Source: an uncultured Candidatus Saccharibacteria bacterium (GTDB lineage: Bacteria > Patescibacteriota > Minisyncoccia > Phycocordibacterales > UBA918). From it: a stretch of 64,000 nucleotides of DNA. Location: the NCBI GenBank assembly GCA_964425625.1, contig CAYRMI010000005.1, positions 79-64,078 of the forward strand, given 5' to 3'. The translations under genes were made by a program, and so were the position numbers. Within the stretch, counting starts at the first letter, position 1, and each line of letters starts with the position of its first letter. The notes beneath the pieces are model-generated. The model did not search any database and was not told the DNA's origin. It saw only the letters and a list, made by a program, of their open reading frames with translations. Shown here piece by piece: positions 18,735 to 26,950 of the stretch.

Positions 18735-19595
18735 ATGCACGCCAGACGTACTCTCATCTCATTTATTGGCCTTGGCTCGCATACGGCAGCGCCCCTTTTG
18801 TATTCCTACATCGTTGAACACCCGAGTGTGTCCTTACCCAAAGCGCCAACCCATTTCTTCTCTAAGGCTAAGTCTTTTGCTTTGGGAGTAGGTTGGTATG
18901 AGGGTAATTTTGCTCATGACGAAGGAATGGTTTGTGGGGAATTGGCTTATGACTATCTGCCCAGCTCACAATCAGTTGGTTTGATTTCTCGTACTTACCC
19001 CAACGCTCATCTTTTGGCGGTCATCGAAAATCCTTTAGTTAGTATAAGGGTAGAGTATATAGAAGCTCTACGCCAAGGACGCATAAAACGATCTGTGACT
19101 CTGGCCGAATTCCTTAAGCAAAATCCAGAAGTGCTATTGCGGGCTCGCTACGGCCGGCAACTAGTTCATTATTTTAGCTATTATTCACCGAATGACTTTC
19201 TAGTATTTTTGGCTTCCGATATTCGTCACGATCCACTCAAGGCAGTGGCTTTAGCCTTTGCACACATCGGTGTAGACAAAACGTACATCCCAACTGCGCT
19301 TCGGCATTTGATTGTGGAAGAAGTAGATGAAAAAAAGCGTCCCGGCTTTATCAAGCGCGGTTTCACTTTTATTAAAGGTCTAATTAAAAAAGGTTATCTC
19401 AAACTTTATCTTTTCCTCAAGCCACCCAAAGCACTAGTTGCAACCGCCAATGAATTAGCTCTGCGCGTACCAATACCACCAGAGCTTGAGGTAAAACTCA
19501 AAGGGTACTTTCGACCCGATGTGGCTGAACTTTCGACCCTCCTGCATCGTAATTTGTTAATTGAATGGGGTTTTGTGGAAGAGACAAAAAAGTAA
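18735..19595 (+). CDS. Hypothetical protein with a weak sulfotransferase-like N-terminal signature.
   Basis: LISFIGLGSHTAAPL...HPSV...THFF resembles the 5'-PSB loop region of sulfotransferases, but it is degenerate. Confidence 0.35.
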   Translation: MHARRTLISFIGLGSHTAAPLLYSYIVEHPSVSLPKAPTHFFSKAKSFALGVGWYEGNFAHDEGMVCGELAYDYLPSSQSVGLISRTYPNAHLLAVIENPLVSIRVEYIEALRQGRIKRSVTLAEFLKQNPEVLLRARYGRQLVHYFSYYSPNDFLVFLASDIRHDPLKAVALAFAHIGVDKTYIPTALRHLIVEEVDEKKRPGFIKRGFTFIKGLIKKGYLKLYLFLKPPKALVATANELALRVPIPPELEVKLKGYFRPDVAELSTLLHRNLLIEWGFVEETKK

Positions 19596-19634
19596 CAAAA
19601 CTTTTTCTCCGGTAATTCGGTAATATAAAGTAGT

Positions 19635-20615
19635 ATGTCAAAGACAATTTTGGTGACGGGCGGGGCGGGGTATATTGGCTCCGCTTGTGTGGCAGAGCTT
19701 CATGAACAGGGTCATAAAGTAGTGGTGTTTGACGACCTCTCCACTGGCCAAAGCACGGTCTTACCCGAGACCGTGCCGGTAGTGGTGGGGGATATTACTG
19801 ACCGCGAAGCTTTACGCCAGGTTTGCCAGCCATACCAGTTTGATACCATCATTCATTGTGCCGCCAAAAAAGCGGTGGGTGAGAGTGAGCTTGATCCGTC
19901 TTTATATTTTTATACTAATGTGGTGGGCTCGCTAAATGTACTCTCGGTGATGGAGGAACTGTCTATACCGCAGATTATTTTTTCTTCTACCGCCGCTGTG
20001 TACGCACCGCCACTTCATACTGAAGCGGTAACCGAGCAGTCGCTCTTGGCACCAGTCAATGTCTATGGCCAGAGCAAGCTTATGGTCGAGCAGATGATAA
20101 GTGACTTTGCTAGACTAGGGAAAATAAAACAGTACACGATTTTCCGCTACTTCAATGTAGCGGGGGACGCTGGCCTCCTATTTCAAGAAAAGAAAGCGCA
20201 AAATGTTTTCCCACTCTTAGCTTCAGCCATTACCTCCGGCCACACCTTCTCTATCTTCGGTGATGATTATGAGACCAAGGACGGGACGGGGGTGCGCGAC
20301 TACATTCACCTTTCCGATATCGTAGAAGCCCACCTAAAGGCGCTAGCGGGGGAGAAAAATGGTACTTTCAATCTTGGGAGTGGCACCGGCTACAGTGTGC
20401 GCGAACTGATTGCTGAATTTGAAGCCGTCTCGGGTCGAAAACTTAAAGCCGAGGTGGCGCCGCACCGCGCCGGCGACCCAGCCTTTTTGGTAGCCGAGTC
20501 TACCCTAGCGAAGCAAAGTCTAAACTGGCAACCAGAAAGCACCTTAAAAGATATGGTAGCAAGTACTTTAGAGGCCTACGCCCCACAGAACGCGCCAAAA
20601 CAGTATAGAGCATGA
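19635..20615 (+). CDS. galE: UDP-glucose 4-epimerase.
   Basis: ILVTGGAGYIGS Rossmann motif, YGQSK catalytic Tyr/Lys, ~326 aa. Confidence 0.8.
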   Translation: MSKTILVTGGAGYIGSACVAELHEQGHKVVVFDDLSTGQSTVLPETVPVVVGDITDREALRQVCQPYQFDTIIHCAAKKAVGESELDPSLYFYTNVVGSLNVLSVMEELSIPQIIFSSTAAVYAPPLHTEAVTEQSLLAPVNVYGQSKLMVEQMISDFARLGKIKQYTIFRYFNVAGDAGLLFQEKKAQNVFPLLASAITSGHTFSIFGDDYETKDGTGVRDYIHLSDIVEAHLKALAGEKNGTFNLGSGTGYSVRELIAEFEAVSGRKLKAEVAPHRAGDPAFLVAESTLAKQSLNWQPESTLKDMVASTLEAYAPQNAPKQYRA

Positions 20616-20730
20616 CTTTTAGTAAATTAACTGTATTTTCCGTCACTCCTCGCGTACTTGCAGATATTGTGTGTTTTGGTATACTAATAACTAAGTCCAT
20701 ACGTTAAGGGATCCGACAGGTGTTAGTGCC

Positions 20731-21252
20731 TTAGGAGCCCTTTTCATTTTTACGTAAATATTCAATGTGAGATTTTTTGTTTAGCAAAAAGTCATAATAT
20801 TCTGAGCCAAGTTTTTTGTACAGAGATGATGCGTATTGTCTATTTGGTAGCAATATTTTAAGAAATCTTTTCTTTTCAATAAGGTATTTAACTACTTTAA
20901 AATAGTCTCCATCTCCGGACACAAGAACAAATTTTTTATCAGCAGACTCTTCAGCAAATTGTCTCATTAATTCAAATACTAAGTCAACATCGACATTGCC
21001 TTTCTTTTTTGAAATAGCATTTTGGTCGTGATCTTTGAAGATAAGAATGTAACCTGCTCTTTGGAATTCTGTATACATTCTTGAATGCTCGGTCTGTAGA
21101 TTACCTATGAATAAATAAATTTCACTACATTGATATTTCTCTTTCAGAAATCGACAGAACTTGTAGTGGTCTACAGTCCAACCATCAGCTTTAGCGCCTA
21201 AATAAAAATTTTGGGAGTCTATGAAAGCGCAATTTTTTAAGTTTTTGTCCAT
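20731..21252 (-). CDS. NYN-domain (LabA-like, PIN-fold) predicted RNase, copy 1.
   Basis: GNVDVDLV and VLVSGDGDY motifs. The C-terminus NEKGS overlaps the conserved hairpin motif. Confidence 0.65.
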   Translation of the reverse strand: MDKNLKNCAFIDSQNFYLGAKADGWTVDHYKFCRFLKEKYQCSEIYLFIGNLQTEHSRMYTEFQRAGYILIFKDHDQNAISKKKGNVDVDLVFELMRQFAEESADKKFVLVSGDGDYFKVVKYLIEKKRFLKILLPNRQYASSLYKKLGSEYYDFLLNKKSHIEYLRKNEKGS

Positions 21253-21286
21253 TTAATATGAATGGTACAATAATTTTTCGATAACT

Positions 21287-21752
21287 AAAAGGGATCTTAA
21301 GGTTGTTAGTGCCTTAGGGACATTTTTCATTTCATGGAGACGTATAACTACCGCATCGTCACTTTCAGTGACAAATCGAGAGCTTTGGCAATCCGGACAA
21401 GTGTCTGCAGGGAAGGATTACCGTCGCCACGTTCCAGGCGAGAGATGACTGGTTGTCGACTACCGATAGCTTCGGCGAGTTCTGTTTGTGACCAACCACG
21501 CTTAGTGCGTTCCTTGATGATAGTTTTAATTACTTCATATTCAGGTCCGAGGGCTTCGTATTCAGATTTTACTAGGGGATTTTTTAGAGTCTTGGCTTTG
21601 AATTGTTTAAAAGAAATAGACATAATTTAAATATAACTTATAAGTTATACTAATGAAAGTTGTTCTTGCCATCTTTACCCGGATAAAAATATTCCTCACC
21701 CTTGCGGGTGAGGTCGCGGGAAAATCCCGAATGTACCTACATGATAGTGTGT
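21287..21752 (-). repeat. ~465-bp repeat copy R1. It contains the hairpin motif, the xre gene and the upstream hairpin CCTCACCC-TTGC-GGGTGAGG.
   Basis: Aligns with 24717-25038. Confidence 0.7.
21348..21623 (-). CDS. XRE-family helix-turn-helix transcriptional regulator (HigA/antitoxin-like).
   Basis: GWSQTELAEAIGSRQPVISRLERG HTH. Confidence 0.7.
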   Translation of the reverse strand: MSISFKQFKAKTLKNPLVKSEYEALGPEYEVIKTIIKERTKRGWSQTELAEAIGSRQPVISRLERGDGNPSLQTLVRIAKALDLSLKVTMR

Positions 21753-21804
21753 GGGACCAAATTAGTCAATAGGAAAGAGTAGAGTCTTATACTCAACAGG
21801 AAGC

Positions 21805-22071
21805 TTGATTGACATATTTTATATTGGTACATATCTATGTTCAAAATTATTACCTTGGTGTATATTAATTGTAATGAGTAATACTAGTTCAAAAATTAGT
21901 GGAGGAAAAATTAGACAAAAAAGAGGAGATACTCTAGTTCGTACAATTGTGAAACAATATAAAGTTGATCTGGGTTATCGTTCCGACACAAAGTTATCTA
22001 CCGTCTTAAAAAAGGAAGGCGCTTCTTCACTGTCAAAACTCATAAAAATGACAGAATCAGCCAAGAAGTAG
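21805..22071 (+). CDS. Small hypothetical protein. It probably starts at the internal Met (MSNTSS...).
   Basis: ORF 10 nt upstream of the next gene. No recognisable family. Confidence 0.3.
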   Translation: MIDIFYIGTYLCSKLLPWCILIVMSNTSSKISGGKIRQKRGDTLVRTIVKQYKVDLGYRSDTKLSTVLKKEGASSLSKLIKMTESAKK

Positions 22072-22080
22072 TAATACTAT

Positions 22081-22563
22081 ATGGCAGGAAATGACTTTGA
22101 TTTTATATCTCCAGTCGCGTTCAGAAAAAATATTATTGAGTCAGTAGAGTTCACTTCTTGGTTGTGGGTTACGGCTCAAAGTATTGAATCAAAATATGTT
22201 GACGACATAAATCGAACTATCATTCTCTATAATATTTCAATTATTGAAGCCCTGCTTCTTTTTAGAGCCAAGAAGAGAAAAATTAAATTTCTGGTTCAAG
22301 AATACAAGAATCCATATAAGCTTCCAGCAGAGTTTAGCAAGGCTAATAAAATAGTTGTATTAGCATTTAGGGAAAGTACACCAAAGTCCGATTCTCAAAT
22401 ATGGCTTAGCGATTTGTTAAAGGAAAAGAGAAATTTTCTCGGTAAAAAACTATATGAACAAATAAAGAACTTCAAGATGTTAGAAATACCCTACATCTCT
22501 CAAAGAGACGTTCCGGACGGTTTACCCTTGAAAAGTCGCAGGAATCTTTTGATTCACTACTAG
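22081..22563 (+). CDS. Hypothetical protein with a C-terminal Rx4H motif (possible HEPN-like).
   Basis: C-terminal SRRNLLIHY. Predicted mostly alpha. Confidence 0.35.
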   Translation: MAGNDFDFISPVAFRKNIIESVEFTSWLWVTAQSIESKYVDDINRTIILYNISIIEALLLFRAKKRKIKFLVQEYKNPYKLPAEFSKANKIVVLAFRESTPKSDSQIWLSDLLKEKRNFLGKKLYEQIKNFKMLEIPYISQRDVPDGLPLKSRRNLLIHY

Positions 22564-22594
22564 CTGTAGTGACCAAAATAAAAAATGACAAGTC

Positions 22595-22918
22595 GTGAGC
22601 AATCATATGAAAACAAAAGCCAGTATTACAATAAAAAATAAGCTATATCCGTACTCACTTGAGAAGACAGCCTCTGGCACTATTCATTTTGTAGCTAAAG
22701 ACGCCGCTATTGATCAAGAGTTTCTGGCTGAAGATCTGGCGGAGATTATTCTTGATTTGCCGAATTTAATTTTGGCTGAACAAGATTATGAGCGAAAACA
22801 GTCAGACGTCATTCGCTTCAGAGTATCTGGAGTAGATAAGGTGCGGATTAAAAAGAAGGCGATTGAGAAAGGGTATGACTCTGTCTCAGGCTACGTGCGT
22901 GATTTGGCGTTGAGCTAA
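22595..22918 (+). CDS. Protein with a C-terminal ribbon-helix-helix (MobC/CopG-like) DNA-binding domain.
   Basis: IRFRVSGVDKVRIKKKAIEKGYDSVSGYVRDLAL matches the RHH pattern. The 3' end is duplicated at 23719-23758. Confidence 0.45.
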   Translation: MSNHMKTKASITIKNKLYPYSLEKTASGTIHFVAKDAAIDQEFLAEDLAEIILDLPNLILAEQDYERKQSDVIRFRVSGVDKVRIKKKAIEKGYDSVSGYVRDLALS

Positions 22919-23063
22919 CTTGTGCCCAAATGGACAGACGATTGATAATTAGCACGTCACTACCTTCAATAACAAATCAAGGGTTTAATCAATTTATTTC
23001 AACCAGAAATACCACTTTCTTGGGACGGTATTTTCTAAAATTTGTTGATATACTTACTGCGAT

Positions 23064-23594
23064 ATGAAGAATAATATCGCATATATAGATGGTCAGAATC
23101 TTTTCATGGGAACCACTAAACGTGAACCCTTTTGGAAAGTTGATTTGTCTAAGTTGCGAGTTTACTTAGAAAGGAAATACAATGTTACTAAGGCGTACTA
23201 CTATCTAGGCTATGTCCAGGATGGGGGTAAGTTTGAATCATTATATGAAGAAATACAAAGCGCGGGTTTCATTCTTGTATTTCGAGAGCATAATTCCGCA
23301 ATGCTTGGTAAAAAGAAGGGCAATGTAGATTCAGATATTATCTTTTCAATTATGAAACGACTGTATCGTAGAGAAGAATTCGATAAAGTCGTATTAGTAT
23401 CGGGTGACGGTGACTATAAAATGTTGGTAGACTTTTTGATTGAAGAGGGTAAATTAGAGAAAGTTTTGTTTCCAAAAAGAAAATACGCATCTTCACTTTA
23501 TAAATCAATTGGAGCAACCTATTACGCTGACTTGTCGGAAGACGATACAAGAAAAAAGATAGCTGTAAATGAAAAGGGGTCCTTAGGTAGTTAG
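23064..23594 (+). CDS. NYN-domain (LabA-like, PIN-fold) predicted RNase, copy 2. A diverged paralogue of 20731..21252.
   Basis: GNVDSDIIF and VLVSGDGDY. Co-linear with copy 1. The C-terminus NEKGS is followed by the same hairpin motif. Confidence 0.65.
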   Translation: MKNNIAYIDGQNLFMGTTKREPFWKVDLSKLRVYLERKYNVTKAYYYLGYVQDGGKFESLYEEIQSAGFILVFREHNSAMLGKKKGNVDSDIIFSIMKRLYRREEFDKVVLVSGDGDYKMLVDFLIEEGKLEKVLFPKRKYASSLYKSIGATYYADLSEDDTRKKIAVNEKGSLGS

Positions 23595-23718
23595 CCGTTC
23601 GGAACCCTTTTCGTCGTGATTTGTTGATTATATCAAGTTCGGGTAATAAATCAAGTTTCTGATACCAAAGTTCAATAATTAATTGCAACACATAAGTAAT
23701 AAGGTCCGGATGAAAAAG

Positions 23719-23758
23719 CTATGACTCTGTTTCAGGCTACGTGCGTGATTTGGCGTTG
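23719..23758 (+). repeat. ~40-bp copy of the 3' end of the RHH gene (22873-22912).
   Basis: CTATGACTCTGT(T/C)TCAGGCTACGTGCGTGATTTGGCGTTG at both places. Confidence 0.7.
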
Positions 23759-23784
23759 CGGTAAGATTTGGATGCAAATACCCT

Positions 23785-23843
23785 AAAGAATATGGTACGA
23801 GAGTACCCTAGAGGCTTATACCCCACAGAATGCGCCAAAATAG
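23785..23843 (+). pseudogene. Degenerate copy of the galE 3' terminus (20547-20603).
   Basis: AAAGA(A/T)ATGGTA...TAGAGGC(C/T)TA(C/T)(G/A)CCCCACAGAA(C/T)GCGCCAAAA(C/T)AG. About 85 percent identity. Confidence 0.65.
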
Positions 23844-23900
23844 CCCCAGAAGAGGCCTTTTAACGAAAAATTAGGTTTGCTACTTGAGGTATAGAAAACA

Positions 23901-24683
23901 CTAATTTACAGCCTGTTTGAGCTTCAACCATAATCGGTAGAGAGAATACTTAAGCCAAGCTTCTATGTACTTGGGGTAGGAGGACTGATGCAGTTTTATA
24001 ATTTTGAGCACCTCTTCAATCAGGGACAGCCTCCTGCTACTTTCACTAATATTATGGACCCGATAGGCGACATGATAGCTTGGTAAATTGGCCAGAGTAC
24101 CAACGGTACCCAGTTGCATAAATAAGTCTAAGTCTTCCGAGAGCGGGAAACGATAACCCGGAATAGTTTTGAGCAAAGCCGTGCGCATAAGGACACTGGA
24201 GTGGGCAAATTGATTGCGTAGGAGGAAATTGTTTCTAATATCTTTGTCGGTTACGTTATAAGTAGTCTGCTTTATCTCTTTACCGGTTTCATTGATGAGA
24301 GTGATAAAAGTACCCACCACCGCACAGTCCGGGTGTTCTTCCATAAAAGTCACTTGCTGTTGGAGTTTATCTTTACTGGTCCAGCTGTCATCACTATCGA
24401 GGACAGCGACAAATTCTCCCGTTGCCTGCGCGAAACTTTCTCTCCGGCGTACCAATAAGCCGAGGTTGGTCGGTTCTTTAATATATTTAATACGTGAGTC
24501 ATTGAAATCGCCAACCACACTAGCAGTGTCATCAGTCGAACCGTCATCAATGATAATCAATTCAAAATTACTATAGGTCTGCGCCAAGACACTAGCTATC
24601 GCCTCACCAATAAAATGCGCTCGGTTGTAGGTGAGCATGAGGATACTGACAAGTGGGGAGGGGGAATTACTTGGCATAGTCAT
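23901..24683 (-). CDS. Family 2 glycosyltransferase (GT-A).
   Basis: VSILMLTYNRAHFIGEAIASVLAQTY...ELIIIDDGSTDDT and a DSDD motif. Confidence 0.8.
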   Translation of the reverse strand: MTMPSNSPSPLVSILMLTYNRAHFIGEAIASVLAQTYSNFELIIIDDGSTDDTASVVGDFNDSRIKYIKEPTNLGLLVRRRESFAQATGEFVAVLDSDDSWTSKDKLQQQVTFMEEHPDCAVVGTFITLINETGKEIKQTTYNVTDKDIRNNFLLRNQFAHSSVLMRTALLKTIPGYRFPLSEDLDLFMQLGTVGTLANLPSYHVAYRVHNISESSRRLSLIEEVLKIIKLHQSSYPKYIEAWLKYSLYRLWLKLKQAVN

Positions 24684-24716
24684 ACTAATATACTACTATA
24701 GAAATGACTTCATACG

Positions 24717-25038
24717 AAAAGGGATCCGAAATGTGTCGGTGCCTTAGGAGCCTTTTTCATTTCTAGCGGATGTATAACTACCGATTTGTCACTTTCAGTG
24801 ACAAATCGAGGGCTTCGTACTCAGATTTTACCAACGGATTTTTTAGAGCCTTGGCTTTGAATTTCTTGAAAGAAGTGGTCATAAGTTAAATATGACTTAT
24901 AAGTTGTATCAACGCAAGTTTTTCGTTGTTGTCTTGGCAACGATAAGTTCTTGGCTTTTTCTTAACTCTGTAAGTAAAAATATTCCCCACCCTGACTGGT
25001 GGGGTCGCGGGAAAATCTCGAATGTACTTACATAATAA
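24717..25038 (-). repeat. Repeat copy R2. Same module as R1, with a ~170-bp internal deletion that reduces the xre gene to a fragment.
   Basis: 24767-24813 matches 21341-21385 and 24814-24892 matches 21553-21623. The hairpin CCCCACCC-TGAC-TGGTGGGG carries compensatory changes. Confidence 0.7.
24767..24910 (-). pseudogene. xre HTH regulator pseudogene with an internal deletion.
   Basis: The N- and C-terminal coding parts of the 21348..21623 homologue are joined. Confidence 0.6.
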
Positions 25039-25172
25039 AGCGTATGATTAAATACGTCCATAGATATAGAGACATGAGGTGTGATAAAATAGTTTTACAA
25101 ACGCCTTCGGGCTTGCCCTCTTGCAAGAGAGGGACAACAAATAAAAGCGTTAGAGACAAGTCTCTAACGCTT

Positions 25173-26039
25173 TTATTTTGGCAATTGAATCCAGTCAGTT
25201 GGGATTAAGTCCTTGTCGTATGGTTGGGATTCAAACCAAGGAGTTGGGGCGATTACTACCTTACTCGGATTTTGGTTGAGCCAAGCACTCCACCAACTAA
25301 AAGAGCTGTTGGCGATGATATTGTGTTGGCACATACTCATCAGTATCAGATCTTCAACATCAGTCATGCCTTCACCTTTGACAAACACCGCGCTATCGCC
25401 CACTGGTAAATTTTCCTTTACCCAGGGGAGGTCATCGGAAAAGACGAAGTAAGTAGGAGAGGGTACCGTCTTTTCTATTTCCGCCATGGCGGCTTCATAG
25501 TAACTAAGGGTACATGGACCAAATTCTTTTTGCACTTGCGGGTTTTTTATATAGTCGCCCCGTCTCACATGTAGAGCTACTGCTTGAGAGTTTTTAATCA
25601 ACTCGGCAAAAGTCGCCCCAGCCTTTGAGAGAGGTTTGGCTAAAGTGAATTCTTTAAGCAGGGTATCGCGAATATCAGCAAAGTATAGTGGTGACTGCCA
25701 ATACCCATCAAGATAAATATCGCCAACGAAGCCGAGGACTTGGGGGTTAAATAGCGTATTTTTATCGCGTGATAATTTGAAACGCAAAAAGCGCCAAGCT
25801 TTGGAGAAAATTCCGTAAGGGTACTTAAGCCTTTTTATTTCTTCTGGCGTGGCAATAGTTTTGACCACATTAAGGCTATCGAGCGCAAACGGGCGGTAAA
25901 TATCACCGACCATATTGGCTCGTGCTAATCCGGTTACATCAAGTTTGATAACGTCGTTATTTTTTAGCGCCAGCTTTCGCCCGAGCGCATATTGGAAGAG
26001 CTGGTTGCCCGTTCCGCCTTTGAGATTGACTATGATCAT
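25173..26039 (-). CDS. GT11-family alpha-1,2-fucosyltransferase-like glycosyltransferase.
   Basis: IIVNLKGGTGNQLFQYA N-terminal motif. HVRRGDY. Confidence 0.7.
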   Translation of the reverse strand: MIIVNLKGGTGNQLFQYALGRKLALKNNDVIKLDVTGLARANMVGDIYRPFALDSLNVVKTIATPEEIKRLKYPYGIFSKAWRFLRFKLSRDKNTLFNPQVLGFVGDIYLDGYWQSPLYFADIRDTLLKEFTLAKPLSKAGATFAELIKNSQAVALHVRRGDYIKNPQVQKEFGPCTLSYYEAAMAEIEKTVPSPTYFVFSDDLPWVKENLPVGDSAVFVKGEGMTDVEDLILMSMCQHNIIANSSFSWWSAWLNQNPSKVVIAPTPWFESQPYDKDLIPTDWIQLPK

Positions 26040-26950
26040 AGAAGTAATTTAGAAAATTCGGCGGTTCGTTCTTGGGGGATGAATAATAAATTATCGTAGG
26101 TGTAAGTATCTTTAAAGGTATGGGGTGATATTAATCCATTGGGATGAATTTCATAGGGGTCATAACCCAGAGACAGAAGGAGGGTAAAAGCCTGGTGGCT
26201 GTTATCCGCCCACGCGGTACCACCGGCGACTTCTATGGTGACAATCGGTCGCTTGGTAAGAGATTTATCCAAGATAGCCAAAGAGCCGAGCAGGACTTCA
26301 TGCTCAAAACCTTCGGAATCAATTTTAATTAGGTCGGGGTGCAGGGATTTTTTTTGGCAAAAATGACTTAATGAAATACTGGGCACTTCAATTTGCTCGG
26401 CGGAGATTTTGAGATCGGGTGCGCCACCTTGGCTGGCGCTGTTGTAAGCACCGTAGCCTGGGCCATAATCAGCGAAGGTAAGGGTTTTGGCACTTTCAGA
26501 AATGGCCTGATTGTAGATGGTGACATTGGCCAACCCCTTAGTGTTCTCCGCTAGCAGTTTAAATGTCCACGGGGTTGGTTCAAAACTAAATACCTGACCA
26601 CTCTGGCCAACTAGCTCTGCAGACAACATAGAATAAATACCGACATGAGCCCCGACGTCTATTACCGTCATCCCTTCATCTAAATAACGAAGGAAAAAAT
26701 TAGTGAGGTTGGCTTCGCAGTAGCCATAGTAATAAAAAGTATTACCCTCGGGTAAAAAGCAAGTCATTTTGGTACCCCAAAGAGTTTTAAAGCTAATTTG
26801 GAAGGGTTTTAAATGTGATAGCGCAGCAATTACATAATACGGAAAAGCATGAAGCGGGTCCTTCAGTAGTCGAGTTAAACGCGACAAGGGACGTAACTCC
26901 TCATGCTTGAGGATGGTGGTGATTAATTTTTGTCTATCGTCATTATTCAT
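26036..26950 (-). CDS. FkbM-family methyltransferase.
   Basis: VIDVGAHVGIYS and FEPTP motifs. 4-nt overlap with neighbours on both sides. Confidence 0.65.
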   Translation of the reverse strand: MNNDDRQKLITTILKHEELRPLSRLTRLLKDPLHAFPYYVIAALSHLKPFQISFKTLWGTKMTCFLPEGNTFYYYGYCEANLTNFFLRYLDEGMTVIDVGAHVGIYSMLSAELVGQSGQVFSFEPTPWTFKLLAENTKGLANVTIYNQAISESAKTLTFADYGPGYGAYNSASQGGAPDLKISAEQIEVPSISLSHFCQKKSLHPDLIKIDSEGFEHEVLLGSLAILDKSLTKRPIVTIEVAGGTAWADNSHQAFTLLLSLGYDPYEIHPNGLISPHTFKDTYTYDNLLFIPQERTAEFSKLLL

